Origin: Candidatus Firestoneibacteriota bacterium
Lineage (GTDB): Bacteria > Oederibacteriota > D2-FULL-39-29 > JBBTED01
DNA: 20,174 bases
NCBI GenBank assembly: GCA_038042445.1
Contig: JBBTED010000079.1
Coordinates: forward strand, 1-20,174
Direction: 5' to 3'
Positions 1-9,177 of this stretch are shown one piece after another. Position numbers and translations under genes: made by a program. Positions within the stretch are counted from its first letter, which is position 1. Each line of letters begins with the position of its first letter. The notes beneath the pieces were generated by a model that was not told the DNA's origin, did not search any database, and saw only the letters and a list, made by a program, of their open reading frames with translations.

Positions 1-16
1 AAATGCCAAGAGATTT

Positions 17-295
17 ATGGGACACCACACTAGATTTTGCACTAACTGTTATAAGAAATGGAAAAAGAATGAGGCAAATGAACGAAAATCACTAATATTA
101 GCAGAAGCACTAAGACTAAGAGAATCACTTAAACCAGGAGAATTACTCGAATCAGAAAACGAAAACATAGAGATTGCAGACAAGATTATTGTTACGAGAA
201 ATGTGCAAAACAAATTACTAAAAAGAGCGCAGTTATCCAGTTTTGCTTATCGTATGATTCGAAATCCCCGACTTTTTTACCAATACTATTTCTAA
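17..295 (+). CDS. hypothetical protein, possibly the 3' part of a gene entering from the left edge or a frameshifted remnant
   Basis: The frame is open from position 2 to TAA at 293-295. E/K-rich, no recognisable motif or RBS. Confidence 0.35.
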   Translation: MGHHTRFCTNCYKKWKKNEANERKSLILAEALRLRESLKPGELLESENENIEIADKIIVTRNVQNKLLKRAQLSSFAYRMIRNPRLFYQYYF

Positions 296-391
296 TATAC
301 ATAGTTGGGAATTATAATATTTAATATATGGACGAGCAATTTATAGAAGAATTCGCATTTTACAGTGAATTTTATCAAATTTAAGTTTGTA

Positions 392-421
392 TTGACAATG
401 AATGTTGACATATTTTATACT
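392..421 (+). promoter_or_regulatory. putative sigma70 promoter for the tolC-RND unit
   Basis: TTGACA (392-397), 18-nt spacer, TATACT (416-421), 53 nt before the ATG at 475. A second TTGACA lies in the spacer at 405-410. Confidence 0.6.
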
Positions 422-474
422 ACAGCAAATAAAGAACATAATAAAATTTAGTCAAATTATCCAAAATTTTAAAA

Positions 475-1719
475 ATGAAATATAAATCAATATTTATAAA
501 TATTATTGCGGGATTGGTTTTTTTGCCATTTGTTTTTGCGTCTGATGAAATCTCTAAGGTAACACTTGAAGATGCTTATAGGGCGGCATTGAAAAAAACT
601 GAAGTTTTGCCAATTGAAGAAAGCCAAAAAAGACAGATGGATGCCAGGATAGAACAGGTGGATGCAAATTTTTATCCTAATTTTTCTGCAAAATTAAATT
701 ATCTTTTGCAAGGTGGTGATACGAAACCTACAGATCAGGCAACACTGGGTATTTCTGTAATTCAACCGATTTATCAAGGCGGGAGATATCAAAATGCATT
801 CTCTATTGCAAAATCAGAAAAACTTTCAAAGGAATTTGCCTTAACATCTTTGCGAATAGAAACTTATTCTAAGGTTGCGTATTATTTTTATAGTATTTTA
901 TCAGCCCAGCAGGATATAAAAAATCTTGATACAACAGTTCTACAGACAAAGGAAATAATAGGAGAATTGCAGAAAAGGGAAAGTATTGGAAAAACGAAAA
1001 AAAGCGAAGTTTTAATGGCTCAATCACAACTTGTTATTTTGCAATCAGAGTTAAAAGCTGTGGAAGGGAAACTTATCATTGCAAGGGAACAATTTGCATT
1101 TGTTACGGGTCTTAATCACAATACTACTATTAATAATACTGAAACTTTTCCTGAACTTAAAAATTTTGAATATTATTTGGAAATTGTTAAGAAGAGGCCT
1201 GATGTTGAAGTTTTAAATACTAATTTAATAATAGCTGGGGAAAATGTAAATAAAGAAAAGGCAGGGCATCTGCCGTCTTTGAATTTAATAGGAGATGGAT
1301 ATCCTTTAAGAACGGGTTCAATGAGCGGAGTTAATTGGGATATTGGGCTTGCTCTTACTTTTACTATTTTTGAAGGAGGAAACATTGGGGCAAGAGTCAA
1401 AGAGGCAATAGATAAAGAAAAAGAAGCTGAATTGCTTTTGAGTCGAAAGAATCGACAGGTTGAAACAGAAGTCAGAATTGCATATCAGAATTTAATAAAT
1501 TTGCGTGAACAAATTAAGACACTTGAATTAGCTTTGGTGATTACAGAAAAAAACTATCATGAACAGAAAAAAGATTACAGTTTTAGTTTAGTAACAAATC
1601 TCGATGTTTTACAGGCTTTGAACTCGTTTCAGAGTACGAAAAGATCTCTTGATAGAATACGTATTGAAGTTATGTATGCCTGGGCAAATTTAATGGTATC
1701 TATAGGACAAATTCCTTAA
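475..1719 (+). CDS. TolC-family outer membrane efflux protein
   Basis: 414 aa with signal peptide (MKYKSIF...FVFA). Two OEP-like halves ('ANFYPNFS..QPIYQGG', 'RPDV..AGHLPSLNL..TIFEGG'). Adjacent to an RND permease. Confidence 0.9.
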   Translation: MKYKSIFINIIAGLVFLPFVFASDEISKVTLEDAYRAALKKTEVLPIEESQKRQMDARIEQVDANFYPNFSAKLNYLLQGGDTKPTDQATLGISVIQPIYQGGRYQNAFSIAKSEKLSKEFALTSLRIETYSKVAYYFYSILSAQQDIKNLDTTVLQTKEIIGELQKRESIGKTKKSEVLMAQSQLVILQSELKAVEGKLIIAREQFAFVTGLNHNTTINNTETFPELKNFEYYLEIVKKRPDVEVLNTNLIIAGENVNKEKAGHLPSLNLIGDGYPLRTGSMSGVNWDIGLALTFTIFEGGNIGARVKEAIDKEKEAELLLSRKNRQVETEVRIAYQNLINLREQIKTLELALVITEKNYHEQKKDYSFSLVTNLDVLQALNSFQSTKRSLDRIRIEVMYAWANLMVSIGQIP

Positions 1720-1743
1720 TGGATGCATCACCAAATGATAATC

Positions 1744-1794
1744 GTAGGGGTGAGTTTACTCGCCCAATAAATGGGCAGGTAAACCTGCCCCTAC
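1744..1794. repeat. GTAG-tagged REP-like inverted doublet
   Basis: GTAGGGGTGAGTTTACTCGCCC-AATAAAT-GGGCAGGTAAACCTGCCCCTAC: two small hairpins between GTAG and CTAC ends. Confidence 0.85.
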
Positions 1795-1795
1795 G

Positions 1796-1809
1796 CTGCG
1801 GGAATGACA
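1796..1809 (+). repeat. remnant of a TGACA-tailed palindromic repeat
   Basis: CTGCGGGAATGACA shares CGGGAATGACA with 12153-12163. Confidence 0.45.
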
Positions 1810-1824
1810 AACTATTGGTAATTA

Positions 1825-1875
1825 GTAGGGGTGAGTTTACTCGCCCGTTTATTGGGCGGATAAATCCGCCCCTAC
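1825..1875. repeat. GTAG-tagged REP-like inverted doublet
   Basis: GTAGGGGTGAGTTTACTCGCCC-GTTTATT-GGGCGGATAAATCCGCCCCTAC; 49/51 identical to 15965-16015. Confidence 0.9.
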
Positions 1876-1913
1876 GCGATATGGTTTGTTGTGCATAATA
1901 AAGGTATTTAAAT

Positions 1914-4900
1914 ATGAATATTTCAGAGATATCTATTCGTAATAATGTTTTTTCATGGATGCTAATGGCAGCCCTTCTTATTTTTGGAGGTATATGTTTT
2001 AATCGCTTAGGGATAAGCCAGCTTCCTGATGTTGATTTTCCTGTTGTCAGTATTAGTGTTAGTCTAAATGGTGCAACTCCTGATGTAATGGAGCTTGAAG
2101 TTGTTGAACCTATTGAAGATGCTCTTACTTCTGTGCAAGGTATAAAAAGTCTTTCATCTTCATCAAAAACAGGAAGCGCAAATATTTCAGTGGAGTTTGA
2201 TCTTGATAAAGATATAGATGTGGCAGTGCAGGAAATTCAAAGTGTTCTTAGCCGTATTCAAAGAAGTTTACCTTATGGAATTGAACCACCGTCTATACGA
2301 AAGTCTAATCCGGAAAACAGTCCTATTCTTTGGGTAAGTGTTAGCGCTGATAATATTTCCCAAACAGAGCTTATGAAACTTGTTCGGTATCAGATTCAGG
2401 ATCGTTTTTCGTCAGTTTCTGGTGTTGGTGAAGTTATGATTGGTGGTTTTGCTGAACCCAATTTAAGAGTTTGGCTCAATCAGGAGAAATTAAATAAATA
2501 TCAATTAACTGCATCAGATGTTATCAATACAATTCAACGCGAACATTCAGAACAACCAGGAGGCAGAATTGAAACAGGTAAGAAAGAAATTAATATACGT
2601 ACTTTAGGTGAGGCGCCTACAGTCAAAGATTTTGAAAATCTCACAATAAATAGACGTGGAGGTTCTCTAAATTATATACCTATACCTCTTAAAAATGTTG
2701 CTGTTATTGAAGAAGGAACTGAAGATATTAGAAGTATAAGTCGTGCACAGGGTAAAGCTACTATAGGTCTTGGAATCAGAAAACAGCCTAAAACTAATGC
2801 TGTTCAAGTTGCACATAATATCAAAGAGCGATTAAAAGAAGTGGCTGCTCGATTACCTAAGGGTGTTGATATAGCAGTACGTTTTGATGCAACACAGTTT
2901 ATTGAAGAATCAATACGTGAGCTTAATTTTACTCTGATTCTTTCTGCTGTTTTAACTGCATTAGTTTGTTGGCTTTTTCTTGGATCATGGACAGCAACAA
3001 TTAATGTAATTCTTGCAATTCCAACTTCAGTTGTGGGAAGTTTTATTGTGCTTTATGCTCTTGGTTTTACTCTTAATAGTTTTACACTCCTTGGTTTATC
3101 ACTTGCAATTGGTATTGTAGTTGATGATGCAATTATGGTTCTTGAAAACATTGTTCGTCATAAAGAAAAAGGGAAAGACAGAATGCTTGCTGCATTAGAT
3201 GGTTCACGCGAAATTACATTGGCAGCAATTGCCGCAACAGCTGCTATTATTGCAATATTTCTTCCTGTTGCTTTTATGGAAGGTGTAATAGGCAAATATT
3301 TTTTTCAATTCGGTGTTACACTTTCAGTAGCAGTGGCTCTTTCTTTACTTGAGGCTCTTACACTTACTCCTATGCGGTGCTCACGTTTTTTAAATGTGGA
3401 AAACAGAACTTCTTTTATTGGGAAAATGGTTGAAGGCGGGTTTGTTAAAAGCGCCAATTTATATCGGAAATTGATTCCCAAAACACTTAACCATCCTTAT
3501 GTTACTATTATTATTACCACAGTTTTTTTTGTGGCAACACTGTATATTGGGAAAATGTTGAAAAGGGAATTTGTTCCTTCACAGGATCAAAGTAGATTAA
3601 TGCTTAGTTTGAAAACTCCTGTTGGTTCATCACTTGATTTTACGGATGATAAATTGAAACAAGTGGAAAAATATCTTGCATCAAGACCAGAAGTAGACAA
3701 CTATTTCAGTAATGCTGGTGTTAATACGGGTTCGATATTCTTAAATTTAAAACCGCCGAAAGAAAGAAAGCTTAGTGCTCAAAATTTTGCAGGTGTAATA
3801 CGAAAAGATTTAGGCAAAATTCCAGATGTAAAAGTAATAATACAAGATCCATCTCTTTCAGGATTAACATCAAGAAGAGGATTCCCTATTGAATTTTCAA
3901 TCAGGGGACCTGAATGGAATAAATTGATAGAATTGTCTGGAAAAATGACTGATGAAATGGAAAAAACAGGTTTAATGTCTGATATTGATACTAATTATCA
4001 GGGCGGTATGCCGGAGATAGAAGTAATTCCAAATCGTATAAGAGCTCGTGAAAGAGGAATAGAAATTTCTGAAATTTCCCAAACAGTTAATGTAATGATG
4101 GCGAGTACTATTGTGGGAAAATATTCAGATGCAGGTAGACGTTTTGATATACGTGTGGGATTACCTTCAAAAGACCGAACATCAATGGAAACCATTAAGA
4201 CGCTCAAAGTAAGAAATAACAGGGGAGAACTTATTCCTCTTTCAGAAGTGGTGGAATTAAAGCAAAAAAATAGTCTTCAGTCTATTTCAAGAGAAGATAG
4301 GCAAAGGGCAATTAGTGTTTATGCAAACGTAACGCCAAATAGTTCACAAGCAGAGGCAATTGATGCTGTTCAAAAAATTTCGCGCAAGATACTTCCTTCT
4401 GGTTATTATACTGTTGCAAGTGGAAGTTCCAAAACATTCAATGAATCATTTCAAGGTCTTATTTTTGCATTTATTCTTGGAATTATTGTTGCTTATATGG
4501 TGTTGGCTTCGCAGTTTAACAGTTTTATAGACCCTTTTTCAATTCTTATTGCGCTTCCTTTTAGTATTTCAGGTGCATTTATTGCGCTTTATTTTACTGG
4601 GCAGACACTTAATGTTTATAGTATGATTGGATTGATTTTACTAATGGGTATTGTAAAGAAAAACTCTATTCTTCTTGTAGAGTTTACAAAACAAATGCGT
4701 GCTAAGGGAATGGGTGTCAGGGAAGCACTTATTGAAGCTTGTCCAATACGATTGCGTCCGATTCTTATGACTTCTATTGCAACAGTTGTAGCGGCAATTC
4801 CGCCTGCACTTGCTTTAGGGCCTGGAGCAGAAAGCAGAAAACCGATGGCTATAGCAGTTATTAGCGGAGTGATAGTTTCAACACTTCTAACCCTTTTTGT

Positions 4901-4976
4901 TGTTCCATCTGTTTACAGTATTTTGAATAAAATACGTGGAGAAAAGAAAGTACAGTCTGATGAGAAAGGAATATAA
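1914..4976 (+). CDS. RND efflux transporter permease subunit (AcrB/AcrD/AcrF family, HAE1/MdtB-C-like)
   Basis: 1020 aa. 'LPDVDFPVVS', proton-relay 'GIVVDDAIMVLENI', 'ALTLTPMRC', 'GIVKKNSILLVEF', 'RLRPILMTS', 'LTLFVVPSVY'. Confidence 0.95.
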   Translation: MNISEISIRNNVFSWMLMAALLIFGGICFNRLGISQLPDVDFPVVSISVSLNGATPDVMELEVVEPIEDALTSVQGIKSLSSSSKTGSANISVEFDLDKDIDVAVQEIQSVLSRIQRSLPYGIEPPSIRKSNPENSPILWVSVSADNISQTELMKLVRYQIQDRFSSVSGVGEVMIGGFAEPNLRVWLNQEKLNKYQLTASDVINTIQREHSEQPGGRIETGKKEINIRTLGEAPTVKDFENLTINRRGGSLNYIPIPLKNVAVIEEGTEDIRSISRAQGKATIGLGIRKQPKTNAVQVAHNIKERLKEVAARLPKGVDIAVRFDATQFIEESIRELNFTLILSAVLTALVCWLFLGSWTATINVILAIPTSVVGSFIVLYALGFTLNSFTLLGLSLAIGIVVDDAIMVLENIVRHKEKGKDRMLAALDGSREITLAAIAATAAIIAIFLPVAFMEGVIGKYFFQFGVTLSVAVALSLLEALTLTPMRCSRFLNVENRTSFIGKMVEGGFVKSANLYRKLIPKTLNHPYVTIIITTVFFVATLYIGKMLKREFVPSQDQSRLMLSLKTPVGSSLDFTDDKLKQVEKYLASRPEVDNYFSNAGVNTGSIFLNLKPPKERKLSAQNFAGVIRKDLGKIPDVKVIIQDPSLSGLTSRRGFPIEFSIRGPEWNKLIELSGKMTDEMEKTGLMSDIDTNYQGGMPEIEVIPNRIRARERGIEISEISQTVNVMMASTIVGKYSDAGRRFDIRVGLPSKDRTSMETIKTLKVRNNRGELIPLSEVVELKQKNSLQSISREDRQRAISVYANVTPNSSQAEAIDAVQKISRKILPSGYYTVASGSSKTFNESFQGLIFAFILGIIVAYMVLASQFNSFIDPFSILIALPFSISGAFIALYFTGQTLNVYSMIGLILLMGIVKKNSILLVEFTKQMRAKGMGVREALIEACPIRLRPILMTSIATVVAAIPPALALGPGAESRKPMAIAVISGVIVSTLLTLFVVPSVYSILNKIRGEKKVQSDEKGI

Positions 4977-4977
4977 C

Positions 4978-5799
4978 TTGGAAAAATTTATTGATTTGCA
5001 TGTTCATACTTACATTTCAGACAGCACATTTTCTCCTGAAAGAGTTGTAGAAGAAGCAGTAAAGCAAAAATTTTGCGCTATAGGTATTACTGACCATGAT
5101 ACAGTAAATGGTATAAATAGGGCAATGCAATCTTCTCAGGAATATGACCTTGAAATAATTCCAGGAGTTGAGCTTTCCACAGACGAAAATGGTAAAGAAA
5201 TACATATATTGGGATATCTAATTAATTGGGAAAACAAAGAATTTTTAGACAGGTTGAGTTTTTTACGCGATGAAAGACTGAAAAGAGCAAAACAAATAAT
5301 TGATAAATTACTAAATCTTGGAGTTGAAATAAATTTTGACAGAGTTCTTGAAATTGCAGGGCAGGGAGCTGTTGGCAGAATGCATATAGCTCAGGCAATA
5401 AAAGAAGCAGGTTATATTTCTGACATTAGAGACGCTTTCAAAAAATATCTGGCAAATGATGGTCCTGCTTATGTAAAGAAATATCATCTTTCTCCACAGG
5501 ATGCAATAGAAATCATAAGAAATATAGGTGGTGTGTCAGTATTAGCTCATCCATCAATTATTCAAGATGATGATATAATTCCAAAACTTGTCCAATGTGG
5601 ACTTTGTGGAATTGAAGCTTATCGATTTGAACATTCAGGAGTTAAAGCTGAGTATTATAAAAAAATTGCTCAGGAAAATAATTTAATAGTAACAGGTGGT
5701 TCAGATTGTCATGGTCTTTTTAAAGGCAAAATGTTGCTTGGAACAGTAAAAGTGCCATACGAAGTTCTTGAAAAATTAAAACAATGCAAGGGAAGATAA
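4978..5799 (+). CDS. PHP-domain metal-dependent phosphoesterase (TrpH/YciV-like)
   Basis: Motifs DLHVHT, ITDHDT, IPGVELS, HILGY, GRMHIA, LAHP, TGGSDCHG. Start placed at TTG 4978 (AAGGA at 4966-4970); ATG 4960 is an alternative. Confidence 0.88.
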   Translation: MEKFIDLHVHTYISDSTFSPERVVEEAVKQKFCAIGITDHDTVNGINRAMQSSQEYDLEIIPGVELSTDENGKEIHILGYLINWENKEFLDRLSFLRDERLKRAKQIIDKLLNLGVEINFDRVLEIAGQGAVGRMHIAQAIKEAGYISDIRDAFKKYLANDGPAYVKKYHLSPQDAIEIIRNIGGVSVLAHPSIIQDDDIIPKLVQCGLCGIEAYRFEHSGVKAEYYKKIAQENNLIVTGGSDCHGLFKGKMLLGTVKVPYEVLEKLKQCKGR

Positions 5800-6299
5800 T
5801 TTTAATAACAGGCGGAGCAAAAAGCGGAAAAACCAGCTTAGCTATGAAAATGGCTAAGGGGTCAGTTGTTTATTTAGCTACAGGAGAGCCTCGTGATTCT
5901 GAGATGAAAAGACGAATAAATATGCACAAAAAAAGCAGGCCTGAAAACTGGAAAACAATTGAAGAGCCAATAGATATAATTTCTGCTGTCCAAAAAGAAG
6001 TAAAGAAAAAACAAACCATAATAGTAGATTGTATCACGCTATGGTTAAGCAATATTATTGCTAAAAAAAACATATCAGAAGAAAAAATAATAAAAACCCT
6101 GAAAACATTTCTAAATATATGCAAAAAAGGTAATGCTACTATTATAATTGTATCAAATGAAGTAGGGTTAGGTATTGTTCCAGAAAATAAACTTGCAAGA
6201 TATTTCAGAGACATAGCAGGCAACACAAACCAAACAATCGCAAAATACGCAGACAATGTGTATTTAACCATTTCAGGTATTCCACTAAAACTCAAATGA
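5784..6299 (+). CDS. cobU: bifunctional adenosylcobinamide kinase / adenosylcobinamide-phosphate guanylyltransferase
   Basis: P-loop ITGGAKSGKT, 'YLAT..DSEMKRRINMHKKSRP..WKTIEEP', 'VDCITLWLSN', 'VSNEVGLGIVP..RYFRDIAG..NQ', 'SGIPLKLK'. Confidence 0.93.
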   Translation: MQGKIILITGGAKSGKTSLAMKMAKGSVVYLATGEPRDSEMKRRINMHKKSRPENWKTIEEPIDIISAVQKEVKKKQTIIVDCITLWLSNIIAKKNISEEKIIKTLKTFLNICKKGNATIIIVSNEVGLGIVPENKLARYFRDIAGNTNQTIAKYADNVYLTISGIPLKLK

Positions 6300-6329
6300 A
6301 ATGTGTTCTTTTTTAATAATTTTAAGAAC

Positions 6330-6357
6330 TTGACATCATCAAGCTGTCTGTTATAAT
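6330..6357 (+). promoter_or_regulatory. consensus sigma70 promoter of secA with extended -10
   Basis: TTGACA (6330-6335), 16-nt spacer, TATAAT (6352-6357) preceded by TG at 6349-6350. Confidence 0.75.
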
Positions 6358-6364
6358 TGAGAAA

Positions 6365-9028
6365 ATGTTTAATGAAATATTAACTAAAATTTTTGGGAGT
6401 AGTAATGATAGGTTGCTTAAGGGCTATTGGTTAATAGTTGAGAAAATAAATCTGTTTGAGACGGATATTAAAAAATTAACTGATGCTCAGCTTCGTGCTA
6501 AAACAGATGAATTTAAAGAGCGGCTTTTAAAAGGTGAGACTTTAGATGAGCTTTTACCTGAGGCATTTGCTGTTGTGCGCGAAACAAGTGTTCGTGTTCT
6601 TGGGATGAGGCATTTTGATGTTCAGCTTATTGGTGGAATTGTATTGCATGAAGGTAAAATTGCTGAAATGAAAACAGGAGAAGGCAAAACATTAGTTGCT
6701 ACTTTGCCTGTTTATTTGAATGCACTTACAGGAAAAGGTGTTCATCTTATTACAGTAAATGATTATTTGGCAGAAAGAGATAGTTTTGGAAAAGGCAATT
6801 TTAAAGGAATGGGAAATATATATGGATTTTTGGGTCTTACATTTGGGTGCATAAGACACAGTTCAACGTCTGAAGATAGAAGATATGCATATAGCTGTGA
6901 TGTTACTTATGGAACGAATAATGAATTTGGGTTTGATTATTTACGTGACAATATGGCAATGCATATTTCTGAGGTAAGCCAGAGAGAATTAAATTATGCA
7001 ATTGTAGACGAAGTAGACAGTATTTTAATAGATGAAGCAAGAACTCCGCTTATAATTTCCGGACCTGCAGAAGAATCTACAGACAAATATTATAAAATCG
7101 ACAAAATAATTCCGCATTTAAAATCTGATACCGATTATAAAATTGAAGAAAAAACAAAAACAGTAGCATTAACTGAAGAAGGGGTTGCAAAAACAGAGAA
7201 ACTTCTGGGAGTTGTAAATTTATATGATCCAATACATTTGGAATTGGTTCATCATGTAAATCAGGCTTTGAAGGCACATACACTTTTTAAAAACGATGTA
7301 GATTATGTTATTAAAGACAATCAGGTTCTAATAGTTGATGAATTTACCGGAAGGCTTATGCCTGGAAGACGATATAGTGATGGATTGCATCAGGCACTTG
7401 AAGCAAAAGAAAAAGTAAAAATTGCCCGTGAGAATCAGACACTTGCTACAGTAACTTTTCAGAATTATTTCAGAATGTATAAAAAACTTGCAGGAATGAC
7501 AGGCACAGCATTAACAGAAGCTCATGAATTTATGGAAATATATAAATTAGAAGTGGCAGTTGTTCCAACAAATCAACAAATGATACGTATTGATTATCCT
7601 GATGTCATATATAAAACATATAAAGAAAAATTGAATGCTATTGTTGAGGAAATAGTTGAGTTGAGTAAGCAAAAAAGACCGGTTCTTGTTGGAACAATTT
7701 CAATAGAGAGAAATGAAGAATTGAGTTCTATTTTAAAAAGACGTGGTGTTAAACATCAGCTGTTAAATGCAAAATATCATGAAACGGAAGCAGAAATAGT
7801 TTCACAAGCTGGCCAGCCTGGTGCAGTTACAGTAGCAACTAATATGGCTGGTAGAGGGACAGATATAGTCCTTGGGCCTGGCGTGGTGGAAATGGGTGGA
7901 GTGCATATACTTGGAACAGAAAGGCATGAAGCTCGTAGAATTGATAATCAGCTTCGTGGAAGATCAGGAAGACAGGGTGATCCCGGTTCATCAAAATTTT
8001 ATTTATCATTAGACGATGATTTAATGAGAATATTTGGTTCAGATAAAATAAAAGGGATTATGGAAAAATTAGGTATGGAAGAAGGTCAGGAAATTACACA
8101 TCCTTGGGTTAGCAAAGCAATTGAGAGGTCACAAAGAACAGTTGAAGGACATAATTTTGATATACGAAAACATCTTTTGGAATACGATGATGTGATGAAT
8201 AAACAACGTGAAGTTATTTATGCTGAACGTAAGATGGTATTAGAAGGCAAAGATTTAAAAGAACATATAACAAAAATGATAGACGATGTTTTTGAACATT
8301 CAATTTTTCTTTATTGTCCTGAGAAAGTATATCCTGAGGAATGGAATCTTAAGGGATTATTTGAATGGGCAAAAAATATATTTTTAGTAGAAATTGATAT
8401 TCCCAAAGATGAAATTGTGAGTTTAACACATAGCACATTGAAAGAGACGATTATAAATAAAATAATGTTTGCTTATGAGGAAAAAGAGAAATCCCTGACT
8501 TTGCCTGTGATGCGGCAATTAGAACGTGTTATATTATTAAATACAATAGATTCTAAGTGGAAAGATCATTTGTATATGATGGATAGACTCAAAGAAGGGA
8601 TAGGACTGCGTGCTTATGGACAGAAAGATCCACTTCTTGAATATAAACGTGAAGGTTATGATATGTTTATTGATATGATGGATAGAATAAAAGAAGAAGT
8701 TGTACAATTTATTTTTAGGGTTCAGGTTATGCAAAATGAAGCACCACCTGTTGCACCCGTAGGACAGTCACCAAAAACTACTGTTCAATTTCAGCATGCT
8801 GAATTCGGACAATTTGATGCACTTGGAAAAATGAAGAAAAAAGCACAAGCAATACCTCCAGCTTCAAACACAAATTTTGGGCCAACACCATACCAGTTTG
8901 GCCAACCTCCTGAGAACCAAGAAGAACCTAAAGTAGAGACTATTATTCGCTCTGACTCGAAAGTCGGAAGAAATGATCTCTGCCCTTGTGGAAGCGGAAA
9001 AAAATACAAAAAATGCTGCGGTGAGTAA
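6365..9028 (+). CDS. secA: preprotein translocase ATPase SecA
   Basis: [67 protein letters not shown]-terminal SEC-C motif [18 protein letters not shown]. Confidence 0.99.
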   Translation: MFNEILTKIFGSSNDRLLKGYWLIVEKINLFETDIKKLTDAQLRAKTDEFKERLLKGETLDELLPEAFAVVRETSVRVLGMRHFDVQLIGGIVLHEGKIAEMKTGEGKTLVATLPVYLNALTGKGVHLITVNDYLAERDSFGKGNFKGMGNIYGFLGLTFGCIRHSSTSEDRRYAYSCDVTYGTNNEFGFDYLRDNMAMHISEVSQRELNYAIVDEVDSILIDEARTPLIISGPAEESTDKYYKIDKIIPHLKSDTDYKIEEKTKTVALTEEGVAKTEKLLGVVNLYDPIHLELVHHVNQALKAHTLFKNDVDYVIKDNQVLIVDEFTGRLMPGRRYSDGLHQALEAKEKVKIARENQTLATVTFQNYFRMYKKLAGMTGTALTEAHEFMEIYKLEVAVVPTNQQMIRIDYPDVIYKTYKEKLNAIVEEIVELSKQKRPVLVGTISIERNEELSSILKRRGVKHQLLNAKYHETEAEIVSQAGQPGAVTVATNMAGRGTDIVLGPGVVEMGGVHILGTERHEARRIDNQLRGRSGRQGDPGSSKFYLSLDDDLMRIFGSDKIKGIMEKLGMEEGQEITHPWVSKAIERSQRTVEGHNFDIRKHLLEYDDVMNKQREVIYAERKMVLEGKDLKEHITKMIDDVFEHSIFLYCPEKVYPEEWNLKGLFEWAKNIFLVEIDIPKDEIVSLTHSTLKETIINKIMFAYEEKEKSLTLPVMRQLERVILLNTIDSKWKDHLYMMDRLKEGIGLRAYGQKDPLLEYKREGYDMFIDMMDRIKEEVVQFIFRVQVMQNEAPPVAPVGQSPKTTVQFQHAEFGQFDALGKMKKKAQAIPPASNTNFGPTPYQFGQPPENQEEPKVETIIRSDSKVGRNDLCPCGSGKKYKKCCGE

Positions 9029-9052
9029 CATCGAATAATGGTAATGGATTTG

Positions 9053-9106
9053 ATAGTCGCCTGCCTAGGCGGGCGTGAAATACCGCAGGCTAAAGCCTGC
9101 GACTAC
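9053..9106. repeat. GTAG-type REP doublet with a substituted left hairpin
   Basis: Right arm ACCGCAGGCTAAAGCCTGCGACTAC (9082-9106) is identical to 15240-15264. Left arm is ATAGTCGCCTGCCTAGGCGGGCG. Confidence 0.8.
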
Positions 9107-9177
9107 TATCTCTAATTTATTCATTACGGCTAATTCCAAAAATTTCTTGCTATGACAATAAATTATTGATAGGATAA

